Source: an uncultured bacterium (GTDB lineage Bacteria; Zhuqueibacterota; QNDG01; DTFT01). From it: DNA of 64,000 nt. The stretch spans positions 64,674-128,673 of the forward strand of contig CAVTNR010000010.1 in NCBI GenBank assembly GCA_963736115.1. Direction: 5' to 3'. A model generated the notes under the pieces. It was not told where the DNA came from, searched no databases, and saw only the letters and a program-made list of their open reading frames with translations. Position 1 is the stretch's first letter. The number at the start of each line of letters is the position of its first letter. Position numbers and translations under genes: made by a program. Positions 1 to 8,056 of this stretch are shown one piece after another.

Positions 1-1771
1 TCCGGTAAATGAAATCCATGGTGCCGGCCATCGATTCCAGGCTGGTGCCGGGCGCCCGGTCCACCGTGAACTGCACGTACCCCATGTCGTTCTGGGGCAT
101 GAACTCGCCCCCCCGAAAGACAAGAAACGCGATGGAGGCGGCAACCGCAACGCCGACGATTGCCAGTACGCGTTTGCGGTGCTGAATCGCCCACCGCAGA
201 ATGCGTCTGTAGGATTCATGGAGCCCGGCGAGCCACTGTTCGATGCGGTCTCCGAGCGCCTCGATCCATTCGAACCGGGAGCGCTCCCGGATGCGCGCCC
301 CGGACAGCAGACGCGACGCGAGCAGAGGGACGAGCGTGATGGAGACGATCAGGGAAACCGCCAGGGACACAACGATGGTCAGCACCATGTCGTTGAACAG
401 CTCGCCCGCGATGCCCGGCACGAAAAGCACGGGCACGAACACCACCAGGGTTGTGAGCGTGGACGCGGTGATGGCCATGGCCACCTCGTGCGTGCCCTTC
501 TCCGCCGCGTCGCGCGGCGTTTCCCCCTCCTCGTTGTGCCGGAAAATAACCTCGAGCACCACGATGGAGTTGTCGACGATCATTCCCACGGCGAGCGCCA
601 GTCCCGCCATGGAGATGATGTTCAGCGTCAGGCCGATGTAGTCCATTACCGCGAACGTGACCAGCATTGAAACCGGAATGGACACAGCCACGATGAGCGA
701 ACTCCGCAGGTTCCGGAGAAAGAACAGCAGCACCAGAAATGTGAGCAGAATCGCCTGCCAGGCGGAGGAACCGAGATTGGCCATGGACCGGTTGATGAAA
801 TCGGCCTGGTCGTACATGATTTTGACGTCAATGCCCTTGGGCAGTTCGGACTCGATGTCCGGAAGCGCCTTGCGCACCGCCCGGCTCACGGCCACCGTGT
901 TGGCGTCGGATTGTTTCTGCGCCATTACGAAAACCGATGGCGTTCCGTCGGTGTACACGCGCTGGCGCTGTTCGGCGAATCCGTCCACCACCTTCGCCAC
1001 GTCGCGCACACGCACCACGGCGGCGCCCGATGCCATCACCGGCGTATTCTCGATCTCCGCAAGCGACAGGTATTCGCCGGCCGTCTGGATCGTGTATTCC
1101 TGATGCGGATCCTGAATCCATCCGGAGGCGATCTGCAGGTTGTTCATCTGCAGGGCGCCGAGCACCTGCTGAATCGACACGTTGCGCGCCCGCATGCGGA
1201 TCGGGTCCGCCTGCACCTGAATTTCCCTCTGCAGGCCGCCCGACGTGAACGCCGACGCGACCCCGGCGATGCGTTCGAGCCTCGGCTCCAGTTCGTGCTC
1301 GGAGATGCGCCGGAGCTCCGCCATGCCGTGGACCTTGGATTCGAGCGTGAAATAAATGATCGGCATGTCCGACAGGTCGAAGGCGAAAATCATGGGATTA
1401 CTGACACCCTCGGGAAGCACGTCCTTGATGTACTCGAGCGCGTTCCGCACGTCGATCTGGGCCTGGTCCATGTTCGAGCCCCATTCGAACTCGAGCATGA
1501 CGGCCGCCAGGCCCTGCTGGGACATGGACGTCACTTGCTTGACATTCTCGACGGTCCCGACCGTCTCCTCCATGGGCCGGGTGACCACGGTCTCGATGTC
1601 GGCCGGACCCACGCCCGTGTACGTCGAAATCACGGCGATCATGGGGAATTCGAGGTTCGGGTACAGGTCAAGCTTGAGCCGGATCAGGGAGAACAGGCCG
1701 AAACCCGCGGCCATCAGGTAAATCATGAAGGCCGTGACGCCCCGCCGGACCGATACGCTGGTTAGACTCAT
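1..1771 (-). CDS. RND efflux permease (AcrB/CzcA family), N-terminal ~590 aa; runs off the left edge
   Basis: ATG at 1771 sits 10 nt after the MFP stop, preceded by GGAGCGGAAG. My translation is MSLTSVSVRRGVTAFMIYLMAAGFGLFSLIRLKLDLYPNLEFPMIAVISTYTGVGPADIE..., and near position 100 ...FMPQNDMGYVQFTVDRAPGTSLESM, both typical of RND pumps. The frame has no stop down to position 2, so the ORF track omits it. Confidence 0.85.
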   Translation of the reverse strand, partial: MSLTSVSVRRGVTAFMIYLMAAGFGLFSLIRLKLDLYPNLEFPMIAVISTYTGVGPADIETVVTRPMEETVGTVENVKQVTSMSQQGLAAVMLEFEWGSNMDQAQIDVRNALEYIKDVLPEGVSNPMIFAFDLSDMPIIYFTLESKVHGMAELRRISEHELEPRLERIAGVASAFTSGGLQREIQVQADPIRMRARNVSIQQVLGALQMNNLQIASGWIQDPHQEYTIQTAGEYLSLAEIENTPVMASGAAVVRVRDVAKVVDGFAEQRQRVYTDGTPSVFVMAQKQSDANTVAVSRAVRKALPDIESELPKGIDVKIMYDQADFINRSMANLGSSAWQAILLTFLVLLFFLRNLRSSLIVAVSIPVSMLVTFAVMDYIGLTLNIISMAGLALAVGMIVDNSIVVLEVIFRHNEEGETPRDAAEKGTHEVAMAITASTLTTLVVFVPVLFVPGIAGELFNDMVLTIVVSLAVSLIVSITLVPLLASRLLSGARIRERSRFEWIEALGDRIEQWLAGLHESYRRILRWAIQHRKRVLAIVGVAVAASIAFLVFRGGEFMPQNDMGYVQFTVDRAPGTSLESMAGTMDFIYR

Positions 1772-1781
1772 CTTCCGCTCC

Positions 1782-2888
1782 TTATCGGACGGCCGCGACG
1801 GCCATGCCGTCGCGCAGACTGTTCTGGCCGGACACCACAATGGTATCGCCTTCGGCGAGGCCGGACCGGACCGCGATGTTCACCTGATTCACGTAATCGA
1901 CTTCGATGGATTTCTGGATCGCCTTCCCCGAATCGCTCACGGTGAACACAAAATACTTCTTCACGACGCGTTCTCTTCCATTTTCGGATTCCATGGAGGT
2001 GTTCTCGATGGCCGCGTACCGGGGCACGGTCAGGGCGTTCTTCAGAACGCCGGTCCGGACCTCGACTTCCGCGAACATGCCGGGCTTGAGCAGGCCGCCC
2101 GGATTCGGGGCGATCGCCTCCACCCGCGCCAGACGGGTCATGGGGTCGAGCACCGGGCTGATCTTCCGAACGCGGCCCTTGAAAACCTTTTCCTGATAGC
2201 TTTTCACCCGGATCCCGATCTCCTGGCCGACCGCCAGCCGGCCGAGATCCTGTTCCGCGGCCTGGAACAGGAGCTTGACCCGATCCATCTGCACGATGCG
2301 GACCAGGGGCATGGCCGGATTCGCCATGTCGCCCTCGTCGTAATTACGCTCGCCCACCACCCCGGAAATCGGCGCCTTGACCGTGGTCTCGTCGAACTGG
2401 TCGCGGACGGAAGCCAGGGCGGCTTCTGATGCGCGCGACTGGGCCGCGGCCGCCTCGGACTGGGTGCGGATGGCGTCGTACTGCTGTTTGCTCATGGCGT
2501 TCTCTTTATACAGGCGCTCAGCCCGGAGGAACTCGGCGGCCATGTTCGCCTCCTGCGACCTCGCGGCCGCGAGCCCGGCTTCGGCCTGCAGGACCCCCTG
2601 TTCCAGGGTCGCGGCGTAGATCTTCGCCACGGGCGCGCCGGCCGATACGCGGCTTCCGATGTCGACGTAAAACCGCTCGATCCGGTCCGGTATCTTGGCG
2701 AACACCTGTACCTCGTTCTCGGCCTCTATTTCCCCGGTGTAGGACAGGGATTGGACGACGTCGCCCTTCCCCACCGCGGCGACCTGAACGGGCACCTTGA
2801 TTTCATCTTCCGCCTTCTTTTTTCCGCATCCGGCCAGTGCCAGGGCCAGGCTCAGCAGAAGGGCGGTGGCGATTATGCGCTTTCGCAT
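1782..2888 (-). CDS. Efflux RND periplasmic adaptor (membrane fusion protein, HlyD-like), lipoprotein
   Basis: ORF 1782..2981. The internal ATG at 2888 is preceded by AAGGAGAAATAC and gives MRKRIIATALLLSLALALAGC (lipobox). Coiled-coil region (EAGLAAARSQ...EAALASVRDQ) and beta-barrel motifs (VKAPISGVVGERN). Confidence 0.85.
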   Translation of the reverse strand: MRKRIIATALLLSLALALAGCGKKKAEDEIKVPVQVAAVGKGDVVQSLSYTGEIEAENEVQVFAKIPDRIERFYVDIGSRVSAGAPVAKIYAATLEQGVLQAEAGLAAARSQEANMAAEFLRAERLYKENAMSKQQYDAIRTQSEAAAAQSRASEAALASVRDQFDETTVKAPISGVVGERNYDEGDMANPAMPLVRIVQMDRVKLLFQAAEQDLGRLAVGQEIGIRVKSYQEKVFKGRVRKISPVLDPMTRLARVEAIAPNPGGLLKPGMFAEVEVRTGVLKNALTVPRYAAIENTSMESENGRERVVKKYFVFTVSDSGKAIQKSIEVDYVNQVNIAVRSGLAEGDTIVVSGQNSLRDGMAVAAVR

Positions 2889-2977
2889 GTATTTCTCCTT
2901 TATCGTGTTGATCATTGCCCCATTCGAGTCCCCGAAGGCAGGAACCGGCCCACCGGGCCTCTCAGACGCCGTTCCGC

Positions 2978-4384
2978 TCATTCCAGCACCCCTTTCAGCA
3001 CGCCCGCCGCTTTCCGAAGTCCGTAACGGGCCATCTGGTATTCGTACAGGGATGAAATGGAGTTGAGCCGGGACTGCGTGAGCGCGAGGCGGGCGCCCAT
3101 CACGTCGAGCTGGGTGCTGGCGCCCTCCTCGTACATGAGATTCGCCAGACGCATGGCCTCCTCCGCCAGGACCGCGGATTCACCCGCGGCCTGCACCTTC
3201 TGTTTCGCCTCCAGGTACTTGTTATAGGCCATTTCGGTCTCCGCCGTGACGCCGTCGTCCGCCTGCTTCCAGTTGTCCTTCGCGATCTTCACATCCATGC
3301 GCGCCTTGTGCCAGCCGTACCAGTTGGCGCCGCTGTTGAACAGGGGAATCTGCAGGCTGACCGCGGACGTGAATCCCTTGCTGAAATCGTCCTGCGTGAA
3401 CTTATAATCCGTCCGCATGGCCATGAAGGAGTAATCGGTCTGAAAGAACACCTTGGGCAGAAAGGCGCTCCGCGCGGCCGTGGCCGCTCCGGCGGCGATG
3501 GATTTCTGTCCGCTCAGGGCCTTGTACTCCGGCCGGTTCTTGCGCGCGATCATTCTCAGGTCCGTGAGCGACAGGCTGTCCATGGCGTCGCCCGCATACG
3601 CGAGCCGGCCTTCGAGCGCGATCGGCGCGGATTCCGGCAGTCCCATGACCATGCGCAGTCCGGTCAGGGCCGAGAGATAGGCGTTCCCCGCGGAGATCAC
3701 CTGGGGTTTGAGGTTGGCCACGTCCACCTCGGCCCGCATCCGGTCGAATCCCGACGCGTTTCCAGCGTCGTATTTCTTCCGGACCAGGTCGAGATTCGCC
3801 TGCGATTGCTCCAGCGCCTGTTCCTGCACGGCCTCCACTTCGCGGGCCAGCAGGCAGGCGTAGAACGCGTTGACCGTGCCGTACACGATCGCCTGCTTCC
3901 GGGCTTCCAGCCCGCCCTCGGCCGCGCGCTTCGCTCCGTTCGCGATGCGCACGCCGGCCCATCCCGCGCCACCCAGAAAGACGGGCTGGGTCAGCGCCGC
4001 CCCGTATAAAAAGGTGTTGTCCACGCCGAAGGAGAGCTTGAGGTAATCGGGCATGTCTTCCACGCCGGGCATCACATAGCTGCCGTCCGGGAGCCGCATG
4101 GCGGCCTTGATGAAGTTCGGGATGAGGCTCTCCTGAATCTCCCAGGAATGCTGAAAATTCAGGCTCCCCGTGACCCTGGGCAGGAGCGCCGCAACGGATT
4201 CGGCGACGCCTGACTTCGCCTTGGAGAGTTCCTTCTCCGCGATGCGGATTTCCGGATTCTGTTTCAACGCCGTTTCAACGCTCCGGCCGAGGTCCAGCCG
4301 GAGCGTATCCTGGCTGCGCACCGTTCCGGCCGCGGCGATCCAGATCACGATCACAGCCGTTCCCATGCGTTTCAAACCGCTCAT
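2978..4384 (-). CDS. TolC-family outer-membrane efflux protein
   Basis: ORF 2978..4435. The ATG at 4384 follows GGAGGAGAAG. Signal peptide present, then two TolC-like repeats (LDLGRSVETALKQNPEIRIAEKEL..; LDVMGARLALTQSRLNSISSLYEYQMA). Confidence 0.8.
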   Translation of the reverse strand: MSGLKRMGTAVIVIWIAAAGTVRSQDTLRLDLGRSVETALKQNPEIRIAEKELSKAKSGVAESVAALLPRVTGSLNFQHSWEIQESLIPNFIKAAMRLPDGSYVMPGVEDMPDYLKLSFGVDNTFLYGAALTQPVFLGGAGWAGVRIANGAKRAAEGGLEARKQAIVYGTVNAFYACLLAREVEAVQEQALEQSQANLDLVRKKYDAGNASGFDRMRAEVDVANLKPQVISAGNAYLSALTGLRMVMGLPESAPIALEGRLAYAGDAMDSLSLTDLRMIARKNRPEYKALSGQKSIAAGAATAARSAFLPKVFFQTDYSFMAMRTDYKFTQDDFSKGFTSAVSLQIPLFNSGANWYGWHKARMDVKIAKDNWKQADDGVTAETEMAYNKYLEAKQKVQAAGESAVLAEEAMRLANLMYEEGASTQLDVMGARLALTQSRLNSISSLYEYQMARYGLRKAAGVLKGVLE

Positions 4385-4478
4385 CTTCTCCTCCGTTTGA
4401 CCATTGTGCATCCGATGCATCCTGTTGAAGTCCATTCACCCCGGATCCGCGAGCCGGAAATGCCGAATCCCGCGTTCA

Positions 4479-5129
4479 TCAATTTTCCAGGGACCTTTCA
4501 ACGCCGGAGCCGGTTCCCCGCGCTTCCCCGGCCTTGGCCGCGGACCGTCCGTCATCCGGGCCGGCCAGAATGCCGTAAAAGAAAAAATTCATGATTTCCA
4601 GCAGTAGTTCCCGCCGCGACGCATAATGGGCCAGCAGTTTTTCATCCACGACCATCTCCGTCATCCGGTCGATGAAATAGAGAATGAACTCGGGACGGAT
4701 TTCCGGACGGATGCGGCCTCCGGCCTGGGCGTCGGCGAAGTCGGACATCCAGGCGTCGCGGTTTTTCCGCATCATGTCCTCCAGCATCGGAACGATTTCC
4801 GGATCCGGGCTCCGATACAGATCCTGAATAAAATCGTTCCCGATCGTCTCGGACTGCTCCAGCTTGAGACGGATGATGGAACGGATTTTCGCGGGAAAAG
4901 GATCCTCTGAATTCATGATTGCGTGATGCCGGGCATTCCCGTCTTCGAACAGTCGATGCAGGATGGCCCGAATCAGATCGTTCTTGTCCTTGAAATGTTT
5001 GTAGAACGTCATCTTGCTGATGTCTGCTTCGCGGCATATCTCTTCAATCGAAATCCGGCGCACCCCGTGTTTAAAGAACAGGGTCTGGGCTGTAGAAAAT
5101 ATCTTATCGCGTTTTGGATCAGTTTCCAT
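4479..5129 (-). CDS. TetR/AcrR-family transcriptional regulator, first gene of the efflux operon
   Basis: N-terminal HTH: IFSTAQTLFFKHGVRRISIEEICREADISKMTFYKHFKDKNDL. Co-directional with the TolC/MFP/RND genes. Confidence 0.85.
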   Translation of the reverse strand: METDPKRDKIFSTAQTLFFKHGVRRISIEEICREADISKMTFYKHFKDKNDLIRAILHRLFEDGNARHHAIMNSEDPFPAKIRSIIRLKLEQSETIGNDFIQDLYRSPDPEIVPMLEDMMRKNRDAWMSDFADAQAGGRIRPEIRPEFILYFIDRMTEMVVDEKLLAHYASRRELLLEIMNFFFYGILAGPDDGRSAAKAGEARGTGSGVERSLEN

Positions 5130-5532
5130 GTTTGTCCTGTTTTACGAAAATCGTCTTATAATACTGAATACGTCCAATTATTGATATTTTGTACGGAAGC
5201 TAATATAAAAAGTTGCATGTAATTTTCCAAATCCTCTTTTTGAGATCCTATGCCGATATTGCAATAATAACAAAAGGATAGGTGGATATTGCGAATTATA
5301 CTAAAATATTCGTTTTTGAAATGGAATATCAGGTCCATTTCCAAATATTTCGAAATCTTCATATATACTTTAAGCCGGTGTTTTAAAGCAGGATGGGATG
5401 TGGGGCAAGGCAAGCAGATTCAATAATCAGAATAAGATTCTAATGAATGTTTACCTGATATGGGATATTCCTGTCATCAAGGCACAACACTTGCATAAAT
5501 CATAAGTATTAAAGAAAATAAGGACACTTCCC
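5130..5532. promoter_or_regulatory. AT-rich divergent promoter/operator region between tetR (-) and the chemoreceptor gene (+)
   Basis: About 400 bp that is markedly AT-rich in a GC-rich context. Perfect palindrome TATTGCAATA at 5257..5266, with a related GATATTGCGAATTATA at 5285..5300. Confidence 0.5.
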
Positions 5533-7875
5533 ATGAATCGCATTCCGACATTGCGCAATAGTACGCTGGCGGGATTCATCCTTCTGCTTTTGCAAACCGC
5601 GATATGCGTCGGTCTCGTCATTTTGAACATCGCGAAAGGAACGACCCTTTCCTGGATTCCAGCCGCGGTGATCGGGTTTCTCGGAGCCGCGGCAGCGGCG
5701 CTGATCTGGCAATACCGCATCCAACCCTCGGAATCCCTTATTCAGGCGGGCCGGACACTTCACAGCAATGACCTGAGTCGGCTCACGCAGGCCATCACCG
5801 ATCTGGGCCAGGGCAATTTTCATGTACGCATCGATTCCACGGCAAACAAGCTCCCGGCCGGGACGGATCCGAGATTCGAGGAATTCAAGTCCATACTCAA
5901 CGACCTCACGGCCGTCATCCACAATGCGGCCGGCGAGTTCAACGAACTGACGGATGTTCCCTGTCTCAGACTCTGTTATGTGGGGTCCGACTCCTTTCTC
6001 GAGGGGCGCCTCTGCGGCGAGGCCATGGCCGCGGCCATCGGCGGCCGGGGTAAAATCTCCATTTCCACCGCCCGGCTCAGCACGCCGAACCTCCTCCTGC
6101 GGAGAAAGGGCTTCATCAGCCTGCTGAAGGAAAAATATCCGGAGATTGAAATCGTCGATATTCATGAGAACAAACGTGAAGAACAAACCACCCGGGAACA
6201 GGCGCTTCGCGTCCTGAACGAATTCAGGGATCTGGCGGGATTCTACATGACCGAAGCGGAGTCTCCGGCCCGCGTGGCCGGCGTCCTGGAGGAATCGGGT
6301 CTTGCGGGAAAGGTGAAAATCGTCGGCCATGACCTTCTTCAGTCCACCATGGAATTCCTGGACAAGGGCGTGATCACCTCCACGATCAGCCAGGACCCGT
6401 ATGCCCAGGGCCACGACCCCGTCATCCACCTGTTCAACCACATCGTGGCCGGGTGGCAGCCCCCCACGCCCCGCATGCTCACGCGCATGGAGGTGGTGGA
6501 CCGGTCCAACTACCATCTGCACTGGAACCCGCAGACGCGCCAGGTTCTGTCCGGAACGGATCCGACGCGGCTGGCGCGGCCCGTGGACCGGCGGCCGGAC
6601 AGGCCCCTGCGCCTCGTGTTTGTGGGCCGTGAAGATTCCGAGTTCTGGGTCCCGCTCAAAATGGGGGCGCTGGCGGCCGCGGAGGAACTGAAACCCTACG
6701 GCGTGACCGTGGAATGGCGTCTGCCCAAGAGTGAATCCGTCAAAGCCAAAACCTCGCACGGGAACCTCGAGGGGACCCGCGAATTCCTGATGCTCGAGGC
6801 CCTCATCCGCGAGCGGGTCGACGGCATCGTCACCTATCTGCCCGAAGCCCGGCTGGTCAAGATTGTCAACCGGGCCGTGGAATCGGGAATACCCGTGATC
6901 ACGACCAACGGCGAACCCTTCAACCTCCGGAGTCTGCTCTACACCGTGAATCACCAGGCGCTGAAACTGCTCGACCTGAGCACGCAGCTTTCCCGGAGCG
7001 CATTTGACGTCAGCGAGTCCACGTCCCGGATCGCGGCGTCCATCGAGCGGATCACGTCCGGCATCGTGTCGCAGGACGATCAGCTGCAGGGAACGGAACA
7101 GGAGCTCGGCGTGGTGTCCGACCACATCGAACGCATCCACTGGGAAGCGGACCGGAGCGCCCGGAGCGCATCGGACACCTGGAGCCAGGTGGAGACCAGC
7201 TCGGGGGCCCTCAAGGAATCCATGGAAAGCTTCAAGTCCATCGTCACGGACGCGGAGGAGGCCTGGAAAACCGTTCAGGGGCTGGCCGAAACGTCCGAGC
7301 GGATCGACTCCGTGATGCAGATGATCGACGAAATCGCTTCGCGCGTCAATGTTCTGGCCTTGAACGCCCAGATCGAGGCGACGCGCGCCGGCGAGGCCGG
7401 CCGCGGATTCATGGTGGTGTCCAACGAGATCCGCAGCCTCTCGCGGAATACGACGGCCGCCACTTCGGAGGTTTCGGAGCTGGTGGAACAGATCAAGGAC
7501 GGCATTGCCGGCGTGCAGGATGCCGTCTCCCAGGAAATGAACAAGATGCGGGAGTCGTCCGAGGTGACGGACCGGGCCGAAAGCACCATGGGCGTCATCC
7601 TGACCTCGCTCGGAGAAAACAAACAGCGGCTTCTGCGTATCGTGGAGGCCGTCGACCAGGCGCGGAAGTCTTCGGGTCAGGCGCGCGAGAACATGGAACA
7701 CATGTCGAAACTGAGCGCCCGGAACACGGAATCGCTGAAGGAGATCAACGCGACCACTGAGGCGATGACCCGCCGGTTTCAGGACGTCGCGGACATGGCC
7801 TCGCTTCTGGAAAAAATCGCGGAAGGCGAGAAAGGGCTACTGGCGAAGTTCTCGCTGAAGCCGGAGGATAACTGA
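5533..7875 (+). CDS. Methyl-accepting chemotaxis protein with a cytoplasmic PBP1 (LacI/RbsB-like) sugar-binding module
   Basis: Two N-terminal TM helices separated by about 5 residues. HAMP-like segment, then PBP1-like blocks (VGSDSFLEGRLCGEAMAAAIGGRGKISI..; KVKIVGHDLLQSTMEFLDKGVITSTISQDPYAQG; LRLVFVGREDSEFWVPLKMGALAAAEEL..VDGIVTY..ESGIPVITTNGE). MCP signalling hairpin follows (NVLALNAQIEATRAGEAGRGFMVVSNEIRSLS). Confidence 0.85.
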   Translation: MNRIPTLRNSTLAGFILLLLQTAICVGLVILNIAKGTTLSWIPAAVIGFLGAAAAALIWQYRIQPSESLIQAGRTLHSNDLSRLTQAITDLGQGNFHVRIDSTANKLPAGTDPRFEEFKSILNDLTAVIHNAAGEFNELTDVPCLRLCYVGSDSFLEGRLCGEAMAAAIGGRGKISISTARLSTPNLLLRRKGFISLLKEKYPEIEIVDIHENKREEQTTREQALRVLNEFRDLAGFYMTEAESPARVAGVLEESGLAGKVKIVGHDLLQSTMEFLDKGVITSTISQDPYAQGHDPVIHLFNHIVAGWQPPTPRMLTRMEVVDRSNYHLHWNPQTRQVLSGTDPTRLARPVDRRPDRPLRLVFVGREDSEFWVPLKMGALAAAEELKPYGVTVEWRLPKSESVKAKTSHGNLEGTREFLMLEALIRERVDGIVTYLPEARLVKIVNRAVESGIPVITTNGEPFNLRSLLYTVNHQALKLLDLSTQLSRSAFDVSESTSRIAASIERITSGIVSQDDQLQGTEQELGVVSDHIERIHWEADRSARSASDTWSQVETSSGALKESMESFKSIVTDAEEAWKTVQGLAETSERIDSVMQMIDEIASRVNVLALNAQIEATRAGEAGRGFMVVSNEIRSLSRNTTAATSEVSELVEQIKDGIAGVQDAVSQEMNKMRESSEVTDRAESTMGVILTSLGENKQRLLRIVEAVDQARKSSGQARENMEHMSKLSARNTESLKEINATTEAMTRRFQDVADMASLLEKIAEGEKGLLAKFSLKPEDN

Positions 7876-7925
7876 CCCGTACGATGTGCCGGATGCGGAA
7901 CAGCGCGTGACATTGCAGAAACGGA

Positions 7926-7966
7926 AGACCCGAAAGGTCTGTGAGACCTTTCAGGTCTGATTTTTT
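7926..7966 (+). terminator. Rho-independent terminator after the chemoreceptor gene (two tandem AGACC-N5-GGTCT hairpins plus T6)
   Basis: AGACCcgaaaGGTCT at 7926..7940 and AGACCtttcaGGTCT at 7944..7958, followed by GATTTTTT. Confidence 0.5.
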
Positions 7967-7984
7967 ACGGGGACGACAGAAACC

Positions 7985-8019
7985 AAAACCTGAAAAGTCG
8001 ATCAGACCTTTCAGGTTTT
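7985..8019 (-). terminator. Terminator hairpin for the convergent GH3 gene, possibly bidirectional
   Basis: AAAACCTGAAAAG...CTTTCAGGTTTT gives a stem of about 11 bp with one bulge, flanked by A/T runs. It lies 38 nt downstream of the stop at 8057. Confidence 0.5.
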
Positions 8020-8056
8020 GCGTGTCAATCCGGAGCGGGGATCAACGTCCGGAATT

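Noticed and set aside
5156-5413. 85-aa ORF in the AT-rich gap, considered as a possible small accessory gene or horizontally acquired islet
   Set aside because: It has no SD. Its composition (I/K/N/Y/F-rich) simply mirrors the AT-rich DNA. No flanking integrase, transposase, tRNA or direct repeats are present. I treat it as a regulatory region.
5509-7701. 730-aa ORF antisense to the chemoreceptor gene
   Set aside because: It is fully nested opposite a gene with clear MCP motifs. Its translation is R/G/P/H-rich low-complexity sequence with no recognisable motif or SD. This is a typical shadow ORF on the opposite strand of a GC-rich gene.
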